A program made the translations under genes and the position numbers. Shown piece by piece: positions 24,801 to 37,151 of a stretch of DNA of 64,000 nucleotides. Every line of letters begins with the position of its first letter. Within the stretch, counting starts at the first letter, position 1. Below the pieces are notes generated by a model that worked only from the letters and a program-made list of their open reading frames with translations, was not told where the DNA came from and did no database searches. Origin of the DNA: Asterias rubens (lineage: Eukaryota); NCBI RefSeq assembly GCF_902459465.1, contig NC_047079.1, forward strand, positions 10,292,001 through 10,356,000, written 5' to 3'.

Positions 24801-26059
24801 TGCTTCGAGACCTCCCCATCAGGTGATTCCGAGGTTTCCACTGACACGGATTGAATACACTCTGCAGTGGTTTCTGTGGACTCTGTCATATCTTCCACAG
24901 ACATGGTGACAATCTCATTTGTCTGCCATACTGGGAATACCTCTTTAGAAGCTGAGGTAGTTGTCTCATTTTCAGACATAGATTGCTGAGCTGTTTGTTT
25001 GACAACCTGTATCAAAGGTGTGTCAACATCGCTATCAGTGGCAGAAACCTTGAGATGGTTCCCATCATAAGCTGTCATATCTCTTCGGACCTGTAACTCA
25101 TCAGGAAATGTTCGGGTCTGTGGTGCTGATGGGATGCCCTGCTGTGTTGTTTCATTCAGCAGATTCTTTAGTATTTTAGTCTTGATGACATCCTTAAACG
25201 ATTTTTCAAGGGAATCTTTTATCACATTTTGAACAGACATGTTGACAATATTCTGACGTGTATTGGGTGAAAGTGCTTCATCTTCAGTTAAGTTTGATGT
25301 CAGACCAAAAGTAAGTGATTCCTGGGTTGAATGATCTATTGTTGCACCTGTTTTCTTGGATGGTTGAGAGAGGTCCGAGGTAGCTCCATCAGACATTTCA
25401 TATGGAATCGTAGAGCAAGACATTTGCAGAGGTGCGTCATCATGACCCAGAATATGAGACTCTCTGACAACTTCTGCCCCAAGCGACTTTGCATCGGCCA
25501 CAATTTCTGAGGCTTGATAATAGAAAGCATCGTGAACGGGATCTCTTCCCTGCAACTCCCACGTCAGTGCTTCCTGAGTAAAGTCAGATGTACATCTAAG
25601 AATGCACGGTTGTAACTTCATGAAAAATGATGAATCAATGTTGTCCCCTGAAGAAACTGTTGAGTCATCAGTTATAGTGGCAGGAGTGGGATCGGCTCTA
25701 AAAAGACTGACAGGAACTGGAGTGACAGGAGCTTGGGTGACAGAAACTGCGGTGACAGAAACTGCGGTGACAGGAACTGGGGTGACAGGAACTGCAGTGA
25801 CAGGGACCGGGGTGACAAGAACTTGGGTGACAAGAACTTGGGTGACAGGAACTTGGGTGACAGGAACTTGGGTGCCAGGAACTGAGGTGACAGGAATATT
25901 TAGTGCAGTGTCCACCCAGTTGGCTTCGTTTAAAGCCATCATCTCTCTCACTGTCATACTTGTGCGTCTTTTTCGCAGTTGGATACTTCCGCCACTGTGC
26001 TGAAAACGTGCTCCTGCACTTGAGAACCTTGGAACCTTTTCATCCGGATGGCTTCTCAT
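21891..26059 (-). CDS. Large Pro/Ser/Thr-rich protein with two C-terminal ZAD (zf-AD)-like C4 zinc domains, about 1133 aa from M26059
   Basis: Open 2.8-kb exon (acceptor before 26084, donor AGG|gtaagc at 23279/23278) spliced in phase 0 to exon 22511-21891 (tttcag|CAA). Last exon has CLNC-x40-CKFC and CVNC-x46-CLGC with ZAD-like spacing. Start codon and upstream exons uncertain. Confidence 0.8.
22905..23075 (-). mobile_element. tRNA-derived SINE (relatives about 16302-16645 + and 13920-14118 -)
   Basis: Head GTGTCGTGGCTCAGCGGTTAAGAGCAC, body TGTAAAAGAACCC..GAAGAGTAGGGGTCAACCC. Confidence 0.7.
25707..25897 (-). repeat. Coding 15-bp minisatellite (about 13 units) encoding VT[QPA]V[PSL] pentapeptides
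   Basis: Plus-strand unit GGTGACAGGAACTTG repeated head-to-tail with substitutions, in frame in the large exon. Confidence 0.92.
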
Positions 26060-27158
26060 TTCAGCAAATAAATTGAGTTGACATCTGTTTTGAAGAAAAA
26101 AAAAAGAACAAAAGCTTAGGACACATGGTAACTGACCTTAAGTGGACATTTTATTGTCATCTTCTTGTATCCCTTTCCCAAAACTAGTTTAGCACTGAAC
26201 CTTGGGTAGCACCTTTTAGGGTCCTTTGAGTCGAAGCCTCATACAGAAAACTACAAAAATTGAGAAACTTGAGTGTGTTTTGGTTGATTGCGCACAACCA
26301 GTACATTTGAATTGTACTTCGAAAATCACCACAACAGAAACCTACTGGGCATCAAAAAATAATTAACTCAAAAAAAGTAATCATAAGGCTGAAAGGATTT
26401 AGGTACTTTTTGAAACACAAAGTCCACAGATTTACATTACACCACCCTTTGAATGTAATGAGTAGGAAGCAAACCCCTTAAAATATTACCTGCTCAGGTG
26501 CTGTAGTTTTTGTTTTACTAATTTTACGAAAACTACATCACCTCAGCAAGTAATATTTTAAGGGAAGCCTTCTACCTACCATCACTATCTTCACACTGTG
26601 CGACTTTAATCTAAATCTGTTGACATTGTGTTTTGTGTCCTTCAAAATGCACCTGGACCCTTTAAAGGGACTTTCAGAGTACTTAGTCAATTTTAAAATA
26701 GATTTACCAATACTCTATAGACGATGTTACCTACGTTCAAACCGCCCTCTGTTGACAAAACACTGTACAGGTCACGTTTTGCCGGGCAAAAAGATGCGCA
26801 GTCAGGGTAACATTGCATCTTTTTCTAGCTGGCTGCCAAAACACAAAGGTTTTGCCCGGCGGTATGCGCGCGAATCATGTTATGTTTTTCGAGTGACGTC
26901 AGAGGTCACATCGTCTATACACTGTGAAGAATAAAGTAATGCCTCAACCATACATTTTAGACCAAACGTCTCCAACAGTCATTTTCATTGGCTTAGACAT
27001 TTGAATGACTTTGTAGATTAGTCAGGAATGATCTTGGGTATTATTTCTTCTCTTCTTTTTGTTTACTAATTATAGGCCCTACACATGTATACTTATTTTA
27101 AAATATAAAGGTCAAATTTTGACAACAAGTTTTCACCAATTCACAATTTTTTATTTAA

Positions 27159-27531
27159 AGGCAGTGGACACTATTGGTAATTACTCGAAATAATAATTGG
27201 CATAAAACCTTTCTTGGTGACGAGTAATGGGGAGAGGTTGATGGTATAAAACATTGTGAGAAACGGCTCCCTCTGCCATAGTTTTCGAGAAAGAAGTAAT
27301 TTTCCACGAATTGGATTTTAAGACCTCAGATTTAGAACTTGAGGTCTCAAAATCAACCATCTTAACGCACACAACTTCGTGTGACAAGGGTTATTTTTCT
27401 TTCATTATTATCTTGCAACTTCGATGACTGATTGAGCTCATATTTTTACAGGTTTGATATTTTATGCATATGTTGAGATACACCAACTGTGAATGCCAGT
27501 CTTTGACAATTACCAATAGGGTCCACTGCCT
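27159..27531. mobile_element. Kolobok-type MITE, AGGCAGTGGACAC family
   Basis: TTAA|AGGCAGTGGACAC...GGGTCCACTGCCT|TTAA. TTAA target with purine-purine termini is the Kolobok pattern. Further copies 32449-32808, 33197-33582, 52979-53330; partial about 48565-48857 and 50090-50388. Confidence 0.85.
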
Positions 27532-29642
27532 TTAACATCAACTTTTTTGAAACCCCAAAAGGCACCCCATAGTAAAAAAAAAAAAACACCTTTTAGTGTC
27601 CTTTGATTTTCAACGTCTGGGTAATAAAAGAGATTGTAAAATATACCTTTGAAATAATTCTATAGCTTCACATTGTGTTGAGAAGGTGTGCTTCAAGGAT
27701 GAGTGGTCAAACTATCAATGTTTTCTAAGAAGAAAAGAAAGTGTGACCCCCCCCCACCAACCTTTAGGATTGGCATCTGTACCCATCCAGGTCTCGCTCT
27801 AATGCATTACAAACAAGAACTAATATTACTATTTTGGTAAATATTTTGAAATTGTGCTTTGTGTTACAAAAAGTAACTAAAAGTCTCATACACATGTACA
27901 GACCCACAAATCATTAGATGACACGTCAAAAAGAACAATAATCCAAAGGCAAAATTGTGGAAAGTGGGGGAAATCTTAGAAATGATGTCACAAGAGAAAT
28001 ATCATTTAAAGGGAAGGTACACGTTTGCTAATTACTCAAAACAAATATTAACTTATAAACTGACTTGGTAACGAGCATTGGAGAGCTGTTGATAGTATAA
28101 AACATTGTGGGAAATGACTCCCTCTGATTCTGAAGTAATGTAGTTTTCGAAAAAGAGGTAATTTCTGACTAAAATAATAAAAGACTTCTAGCTAGAAGTC
28201 TTTAATTCCTATCTGAAAGCACACAAATTCGCCCAACAAGGGTGTTTTTTCTTTCATCATTTTCTCGCAACTTCACTGACCGATTGAGCCCAAATTTTCA
28301 CATTTTTGTTATTTAATGCACATGATGGGATACACCAAGTGAGAAGACTAGTCTTTGACAATACCAAAGGTGTACCTTCCCTCTAACATGTAGTGACATC
28401 ATTTCCTAGAATAAGGTTATTTGGCAATGGTCAACAGGGGAGTTTCTGTTAACTCAGTCGAGGTCAGAGCCTAGGAATGTGTGCTGAGCAATGGGAGAGT
28501 ATGGCCACCTGTTGAGATGTAACTTGGGGGACCAGTGAATATCCTTTAAAAGTGAAATGGTTTCTCAATCAGTCTGCTGTTATTTATAATTCTACCTCTC
28601 ATGTTGCTATTAGTTTTAAGAGTGATTACCCCACATATACCCAATAACCCCTCTGGGCTTTCCCCTCTAGAGTCGTTTATAAAATAAAACAAAAACATTA
28701 CTACAACTTTTTCAGTCACTAGACAGCAGGTACGCCATGTCCTTAACAGTTGTATAGGAAGCAATACTAGTTGGGCAGAATTCTGACTTGTCCTGTCATT
28801 TGGTCAGCGGACCACTGATAAAAAAAGGGAGAAATTTTACCAGCTCTTTGCCCGGCCTGTACCTGGCTTTTGTCCATGGTCTGATATGGTCTGATACATG
28901 GTCATGGTCTGTCCCTACACAGTAGACAACTATGGATGAATTCAATCTGTGTAGAGTTATCCTTTTAATCTTTTAATTTAACTGATTTAACTTTTAATTT
29001 AAGGGATAGGGGGGCACAGAGGTGCTTAAAGACCTGCCAGACATACTGACACCACCTGATGCAATAAAAAGATGGCTGGAATGGTTCCACTTTATCAGAG
29101 GGGTAGATCTAAGATAGGTTTAAGATGCTAAGATTTTGTAATATGGGTGTTGTTGTGTTGCCCCAGCCCATCCCCCAAAACATGGGAACTGGCTCCCCTT
29201 CCTTTGATGTGGAACGGTCTAGTCTACAATACCATGGACAATAAACTTGTTCTGGGCAATGCAATTGGGAAAAACAATAAAATACATAAATATGTCTCCC
29301 AAAATGGATTTCAATTCTTTGAGCTTGGGAGTTTCAGTTTGGTTGGCTCAAGATAAACACCCAATGGCTCAACTCAGCATGGTCTAAAGGCTATCAGTTT
29401 CAAATCTCCAATTCACTGGCTACACAAGCCCCCCCCCCCCCATTGCAAGGTCACTGGTCCCAACCACCAGTAAAGGCTGAAGTGGAAGAAGAAGGAAATA
29501 TTCATGGTCTCTCTTGGGACCCTGAATAGTTATCAGCTTTAAAGGGAGTACTGTTGTTTTATGAACAGGGGTGACTTTGGATTTATTGTAACATAGAAAA
29601 ACAAATAACTATTTTATGTAGTTTTTTTTACATTATTAACAT

Positions 29643-29937
29643 TAAGCTTGGGCGATATCACGATATTATCGAATATCGCGATATTAATTTGGACACGATT
29701 TCGATATCGGATGGATTTGGTTTTAATCGAAATATCGATATATCGCGATATATCGCCAGAAGAATAGGTCATTAGAACACCTCTCTTATTATATACTAGG
29801 ACTGTCTCTTCTACAACTTTCACTTGGAGTTTTAAGACTGATGATGTCAAATTTCATTAATCGCGATTATATCGAATATCGCGATATATTGTCTGCGATA
29901 TATCGTGAATAAAATAAATCGATATCGCCCAAGCTTA
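29643..29937. mobile_element. hAT-type MITE with perfect 8-bp target-site duplication
   Basis: TIR TAAGCTTGGGCGATATC / GATATCGCCCAAGCTTA; TSD ATTAACAT at 29635-29642 and 29938-29945; many subterminal ATCG/CGAT repeats. Confidence 0.92.
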
Positions 29938-30970
29938 ATTAACATTTCTCAATTTATTTCTGTATGGGGTCATAAGGTCATGGGGGAGCCTTACAGTTTC
30001 TAGAAGTAGGGTGATGTATGCAAATTGACTATGATTCTCTTGTGTAATTCGTTGCCTAAATATAATTTTCCTGTTTTTTTTTTTATAAGGGTCCATTTAC
30101 AGCATCGTCAATCATGGTCAAACTTTTGTTGTTATATTTTAGGTAGTTTTCATAAAACATAGGAGAACACCCATTAATCATGTTGTAGACCAATAGAAAA
30201 AACATTAAAACTGTCATGGTTTTACAACATTCAATTCAATTCACTTTTATAATTAAATAATGACAACCTGTGTTTCTACCTCCATTGGCATTAAATACTC
30301 ATTCATTCATATCCAACCCTATATTTAGCATTTTTAGCTATAATAGTTACAATTTAAAAAAGGCATGTGATAATGTCAATAATTTTATTATGTTTTTAAA
30401 CCTATTTTCCACACAGACAATGCATTCGTTTTTACACTCAGTCTCGAGTGCTGAAAGAGCGCTAAATTAAAAAGGGGCTAAGTTGTTCAAGAAAACTTCC
30501 TCTCAAGAATTCCTGATTCCATGGAGGAAAGAAACGTCCTTCCTCCATACTGATTCCATGTTCTAAGCACCACTACGAGCGCCGTCAAAGTGGGTACACG
30601 AATCGTAGTGGTCGTCGGTGGCTTGCCCACTTTACCACCCGCACAGACCACGGTCACCGTACGAACCCTGGGACCATGGAAGGAGAGGGACCGAGTTTCA
30701 AAAGTCATCCTGTTTCGCTCCACTCTTTCGTCTTTGGGGTCCCAAATAACAACTATTTTTACTTGAATTGAACGCCACATAAACTTACCTAAATATCTCC
30801 CAGTTTACAAAAGCCAAATACTCACGAAATGTGTATTCTAACAGAAGTTTGTGCTTGGTATTTTAGCTACAGCAAACGTACACAACTGGCTAGTGGGTGC
30901 GCGCGCTCTTATCTTCGGCCTATGCCAAACTTTACCCACGTGTTGTAATTTAGTGACAGTTGTCAAAACA

Positions 30971-30984
30971 GCGCCCTCTCGTGG
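30971..30984 (-). promoter_or_regulatory. CTCF-like motif at the putative promoter of the double-ZAD gene
   Basis: CCACGAGAGGGCGC (1 mismatch); about 150-180 bp upstream of minus-strand donors gtgagt (about 30824) and gtaagt (30788); CpG-rich context. Confidence 0.5.
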
Positions 30985-32448
30985 TTTGGATCACCAAGCC
31001 CCTATGATTTTTAAATGTCCCCGCCCCCTTCATTTTGTTTAAAAACCCTCATCAGTTCCTTCAAGATTTAACAATACAAGGCTTTATAGTGTGGTCTTAA
31101 TCTTAAGTATCGGGAACGGAATGCAAAGAATGTAGCTTTTTGTGGAGTGTTTGGGGGGGGGGGCTTTTCTGAGTTTAAAGGTTGGGTGGAGTCCATATCA
31201 TATCAATTTATTTGGGGCCATATTAATCGAAACGCTTGCCAAAGATTGAACATTAAAAAACAGTTACAACAAAAATGTTGTTAATGAAGAAGAAAAAAAT
31301 CAAACATAGACAAACTTAGCATTTAAGAATAACAATATCACTATCAGTTTATTGCCACCCCGATAGTATTTTGCATACAAAATTTTTGCAAGTGACCATG
31401 AGTAACAATGAGTGAAGTAAAACAATGTTTTATCACATTAGGCACTTTCAACTGACAAGTTCCTTGCATCACGAATACAGTTTCATCTTTACTTTGATGG
31501 CTTGTATTTTTTCTTCTTAAATCAATGGCCACACAAATACTTATACCATAAAGAAAAAAAAAACAGTTTGCCTGGCGTTTTACAAGTAAATTTTGTTCGC
31601 AGATCCCAACATGGTCACCCATCTGTAGAAATATAACAAAAGGCTACTGGTAGTACCTACGTGCACCATGCCCTATATGTTTGGGAATGGGGAGGGTGTG
31701 CCCCCCCCCCCTCAAACATACCCCATATCTCACACATGTTTCTATACTTTAAGACACTCTAAATTACCTCTTGCTCAGTGTCTACCTCCAAGCTCATCAG
31801 AAGTACCTCCCCTAAAAACCTGTGATAGAGTTTTTTTGTACAAGAGGACTAAAGACTTCCTGAGATTCCCTGAACACAATGAAGACAAAAAAGAGTGGGG
31901 GGGGGGGGTACATACCATGCCACATATCAAGCTACCAAGCAAAGAATGTGCTTACATTATGGCTATGGGAATGAAGATCATTTTGACTATGGCTCTCTCA
32001 TTAACTCTCCCAATGCATGGAGGAGGGAATAGCCTGTCAGATTTAATGCTTAATAAGGCATTGTCTGCCTCCCCTTTTTGTGTAGTGATTGGAATCTCAA
32101 GTATTCTTAACAGGTCTTTTTAGGGAGGGGACTTCTAACCAGGAACATAGTGTGTTAAAGTACAGGAACATTTGGGGGGGGGGGGGGGGTACCCTCTGCC
32201 AAGTTGTGGACATGGTATTTCCAGCCTATGTTTGGCTTCCAATTCCATTGATATTTAGCGGGGAAAAATGATGCATGCGTGCAATGTGATAATATTTTCC
32301 CAATTGTTACTTTCATTGAGGCGAGGGCGAGTTGAATGAAAATTTCTCCATTGCAAGAATGCAAAACATGTATTAATTGTATTTAAAGGGCCTGGGTACT
32401 TTTTATACGACACAAAACACAATGTTTACAGATTTAAGTTAAACTTAA

Positions 32449-32808
32449 AGGCAGTGGATACTATTGGTAAGTACTCGAAAAAATTATCAGCATAAAACCT
32501 CACTTTATAACGAGTAATGGGGAGCAACTTGATGGGGAGAGGTTGATAGTATAAAACATTGTGAGAAAGAAGTAATTTTCCATGAATTTGATTTCGAGAC
32601 CTCAAGTTTAGAATTTGAGGTCTCGAAATCAACCATCTGAAAGCACACAACTTCGTGTGACAAGGGTGTTTTTTTTCTTCATAATTATCTCGCAACTTCG
32701 ACGACCAATCGAACTCATATTTTCACAGGTTGATTGTTTTATGCATATGTTGAGATACACCAAGTGAGAAGACTGGTCTTTGACAATTACCAATAGTGTC
32801 CACTGTCT
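32449..32808. mobile_element. Kolobok-type MITE nested in another TTAA-family element (about 32385-33010)
   Basis: TTAA at 32445-32448 and 32809-32812; the flanks rejoin into sequence seen uninterrupted near 8860-8945. Confidence 0.82.
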
Positions 32809-33113
32809 TTAAGCTGTTTGAAGATATTCATGGTAAAAAGCTTCCCTTAAAATATTACTTCCTGAGATGCTGTAGTTTTTGAGAAAAGGAGTTAAACAAG
32901 TCACACAAATAATTTTCGTCTCAGTGAGAAAACTATTTTAGCACATTTTACTCATTTCTCAAAAACTACAGCTCTTCAGCAAGTAACATTTTAAGGTAAG
33001 CTTTCTACTATCATTAACAAAAACGCAAACCCCAAATGCCACTGAAGCAGCTCATCAGTAGCAGCTAAGAAATACTAGACTTGAAGACAGTCCTTCAACC
33101 TCTAGAAGCCTCC

Positions 33114-36100
33114 TCAGGAATGCTGTTGAAGATAAAACAAGAATATTGACAAGTTGATTTTGATGCGAGTTTAAAACAATGTGCAATAGATGTTAAAGGC
33201 ACTGGACACTATTGGTAATTACTCAAAATAACTGTTAGCATAACACCTTACTTGGTAACGAGCAATGGAGAGATGTTGATAGTGTAAAACATTGTGAGAA
33301 ACTACTCCCTCTGAAGATAATATGGAGTTTTTTGAGAAAGAAGTAATTTCTCACTCAAATATTTAAATTGATTTCGAGACCTCACCCGAGGTCTCAAAAT
33401 CAAACATCTGAAAGCATGCAACTTCGTATGACAGGGATGTTTTTTCTCCATTATTCTCTCGCAACTTCGACGACCAATTGAGTTAAAGTTTTCACAGGTT
33501 TGTTATTTTGTGCATAATAACGTTGAGATACACTAAGTGAGAAGACTCATCTTTGACAATTTCAAAAAGGTGTCCAGTGCCTTTAATTTTGCATTGAGAT
33601 TAAAGAATATTATTTGGTTTTCCCAGGGATGTGTATTGAGAGAGTTGCAACACAGAGGAACCAGTCGTCTTTGGTCACATGGTTGCTTGACGCCATTTGC
33701 TTGATGCAGCACAAAGTAATTGAACTGATCACAAAAAAGACAGCTTATAAGAAGTTGATGTTAATTCAAAAGTGGCGCGCTTGCATAAAATGCTGATTGT
33801 CACATGCGTTGCTTCCATTTTCCATTCGCGCTTAAGAAACTCATAATAGCTGCCTATCCCTATGGGGTCCAACCTCGTTCCCCCTTGGCTTTATTTCAAA
33901 TGATAATAATAATAATAATAATATCGAAGTCTTAATAGCGCACGTATCTACCAAACAAGGTACTCAAGGCGCTGAGTATATACAAACATTCAGAAAGATA
34001 GGTTATTGCAGTGATGAATTCTGAGACCCAATAATTTAGCACCCTATAAGGGTTTACAAGGTGCTACGGCGCATTAAGCAGCCACAACCAGGAACACCGG
34101 GGCGAACCCCTTCTTTTTTCGACAAGTGCACTGGGTTATTTTACATGCGTTACACAACACATGGGACCAACGGCTTTACGTCCCATCCCATACTAGTTCT
34201 AAGGGGAGTGACTCACCACACATTTTGGGCAGACCATTTCCTTGTCTTCTAGTAATGCAGGCGTCACCACCTCAGGAGGAAGGCAGTTGATGTGGTACCA
34301 CGACTGACACTGTCCATCACAACCTATCCAGTCCTCACCATCTTCCCAATATTCTTCCTCACAAACTGGGCAGTAAACCTCATCCTTCGAGTGCTTGCTG
34401 CTTCTTTTCCTTCGTCGTGGTGACTGCTTCCTCCCTCGTCTCCTAGAACTCTTCCCAGATTTGGAAAACTTCCAGGTGCTTTTCGATTCTGTGTGGTAAG
34501 CTTCCTTATAGAGTTTCTTCCAAACTGAAAACAATGGTGTCTCCTCAAGATCCAGCCCGCTTTCAATACAAGTTCTGTAAGTTTCTCTTGTTGTTTTGTC
34601 GAGTTTATCATCCAGTTTCTTGAAGACAATTTCAGCTACATTTGAAGATGTTGCAGAAGTGGAGAGGTGTTTTTCCTGGTCATCATCTCCCTGAACGGGT
34701 TCTTTATACTTTGGTGGGTTTCTTTCCGGAGAGTTTAGGATTTTATCTGGCAGATGAGCATCATCGACCATCTCTCGATCGAGAGGATAAACTCCTGACT
34801 GAATGAAGCAACTACGGATGGCCTCTGAGTTGTCAGCCTCTTTCCATGCAGAGCTGATTACATGAGCTACATTGTCAGTTCTTACGGGTAACCACTGGTT
34901 TTGCGTTGTCCATTTTGTGAGCCATGCCATTCTGAAGGGGCCATCCTCTCCAATGTCAAGGGGTTGAACTAGTGACATCGCTTTGGTTGGTACTCGAAAC
35001 AAGTACACATCATTTTTACGCGCTGTGACGTATGCCTCATAAGGTATGGAATTGTGTTGGCAACTCAGAAGAAGAACAACAGGGCGTGCATTTCCGAGAT
35101 TCTTAACGAAGTGCCACTCTAACCACGAGCTGAATGCATCTTGCTTCTTTCCATCTCTCTCAAGAATGATCACTCCCGATCCCTTGGATGCCCCATCAAG
35201 GGGATCCCACTGGTTGGTCTTGTGACACATTCCCCGATAGCGATAAATAATGAAGGGTGGAAGAAGATGCCCGTCTGCACTCGCACACATCCCGACTGTT
35301 GCTCTTCTGCGTCCGACAGCAAGGCACACAAACGGCTCTGCAAACACCACAATTTTGCTTGTTTTCTTGTCAATCTCAAATGTGGTTTCCGCATAATTGA
35401 AAATTTGGCTAGGTTTATCTACTATGTCAAGTTTTATGAGGAGGGATTTCAGTTCTCTGAACCACTCATCTAAACCTCTCTTTGTAGGAGCAGCATCGCA
35501 AAGCAGAGCTAAGTTGGAGGTTTTCATTTCTTTCAATTTAGGGTGACGCCGTAAGAAACTATAATACCAGCGGTAAGATGGTCTGCCATTTATAAAAGGG
35601 CTATTGTCTCGCTTGAAGAAGCTCTGCACTGCATCTCGAAGCAAAACTGCAGGGACCTGGAAACCTCCCTCGGACATGGTTAAGACCCAGTTAGCAAGGT
35701 CTTGCTCTTCCTCTTCTGTCAAGACTGGGGCTGGTCCATGTTGAGTAGTCATGGGAACCTCTGCTTTGGAACGGCGATACAGCTTACCAGCATGGACTCT
35801 CCAATAGGCTGCAGCGGCTGTCACCGTCTTAAACTTCCCCGACTGGAATTCTTCAAGTCCACACTTGATTCTTTGTGCCTCTGGAATGTCAGCAACACTA
35901 GGTGCAGAAGTGGGATTATCCAAACCCTTACGAAGGTACAAATTGGCTTTTCGAGTTTTCTCCTTCTTTAGTTTCGCTTTCGCTGACTGGCGCATCTTCC
36001 TTGTGACTTTTTCCTTAACAACCGGCAAGGGGGTTGTCTTGGTCCTTTTACTTTTCCTTTTTGATACATTTTCTGCTCTGATTTGCTTTGTCCGTGATTT

Positions 36101-37151
36101 TACCCTCTTATCTCCTCTGTGTTTGGCTGGTCTTGATTTTGTTGAAAACTGCTTGGAATCTTCTTGATTCTCTGGTGTTGGACTTGGGCTTGAATCGGAT
36201 GTCGTTTCAATATCTAGAAGTAGTAGGTGAAAATCGCCAAGTGAGATTTAGTATGCATAAAAATGTATAAAAAAATAAAAAAAATACATAACAAATAGGC
36301 TTAATATCTTATGAAACCACAGATACCTCATCTGTGAACTTAATCACTGTGGCTCGCAAGCCTGATGAAACCTGTATACATGTGTGCATGTGAACCAAAA
36401 ACACCAGTAAACATGGTTAACTTAACCCCGTTCTTCCGCAATGTTCTGGGTTCTTGATCCACTCTCCAAACTAAGGCAATGGTATATTAAGTCACAAGTG
36501 CCAACTCTGGGGAAAATTGAGGCAACAAATTTGAGTGTCAATCATCACACCCTGTGATCACTGATGTACGTGTATCTACCTACCTAGGGTATGATTGACA
36601 TTTGACAAATCAAACTAATTATAGTAAATAGTGTTAAATAAAACCAGCACCCTTCATCCAATCAATACAAATAATTGAGGAGGGGTTTACATGTTTAAGG
36701 TATGGGATTAAGTATTGATTGATTGAATTTATTCGGATAAAAATACAGCAAGAACATGCCAAAAGTATATACACAACAACAGAAGAAACCAATGAAGAAT
36801 AATAAGATTTTAAGATAAACCGAAGTAAAAAGAACACAAGATAGTACAGTAGAATTTGAAATACGTACTAGTTTACTACACAAAATTATCCAAGGATAAC
36901 GTAACCCATTGAAATCCACTTGAAATCTTACCAATTATTGATGCGGCCGCCGTTTCTTCAATGATGATTATCTCATTTGTACCATCACCATCACCAGTGG
37001 GCCTTTCCTCATGGTGATGATGATGAGGCACCGTGATGTCCTCTTCGATTTCGACGACTTCGAATTCGACTTGGGACTCCGGAACGATTTCTTCTCTTTC
37101 ACCTATTTTGACAACTAGGCCTGGCTCAAAAATCTCAAAAACCTCAGACAT
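33114..37151 (-). CDS. Domesticated pogo/Fot-like transposase-derived protein A (acidic/His N-terminus, psq-like HTH, CENP-B/Tc5 HTH, degenerate DDE_1, PHD), about 741 aa
   Basis: Exons 36932-37151 (ATG; donor G|gtaaga), 34217-36213 (cttctag|AT; donor GTG|gtgagt), probable last exon 33114-33122 (ttcttgttttatcttcaacag|CAT TCC TGA). Motifs FNYAETTF, LLLSCQHNS, QPLD, GVYPLD; C4HC3 PHD CPVC..CDGQC..H..C..CPKC. Last micro-exon less certain; unspliced stop at 34199. Confidence 0.88.
33197..33582. mobile_element. Kolobok-type MITE in the probable last intron of transposase-derived gene A
   Basis: TTAA|AGGCACTGGACAC...GTGTCCAGTGCCT|TTAA. Confidence 0.85.
33903..34188 (-). mobile_element. 5'-truncated SINE (Deu-domain-like) with L2-type 3' end and (TAT)n tail
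   Basis: Minus strand GGATGGGACGTAAAGCCG..AAGAAGGGGTTCGCCCCGGTGTTCCTGG..CAGCGCCTTGAGTACC..GTGCGCTATTAAG then (TAT)n. Deu assignment needs a Dfam check. Confidence 0.72.

Noticed and set aside
25707-25897. CRISPR-like array
   Set aside because: Head-to-tail 15-bp units with no unique spacers, in frame in a eukaryotic exon; no cas genes.
25602-26003. 133-aa plus-strand ORF (TGVTG repeats)
   Set aside because: Antisense shadow of the coding minisatellite.
30487-30780. 97-aa minus-strand ORF as first coding exon of the ZAD gene
   Set aside because: Begins inside an intron just after a gtaagt donor, no recognisable domain, ends in a stop with no usable donor.
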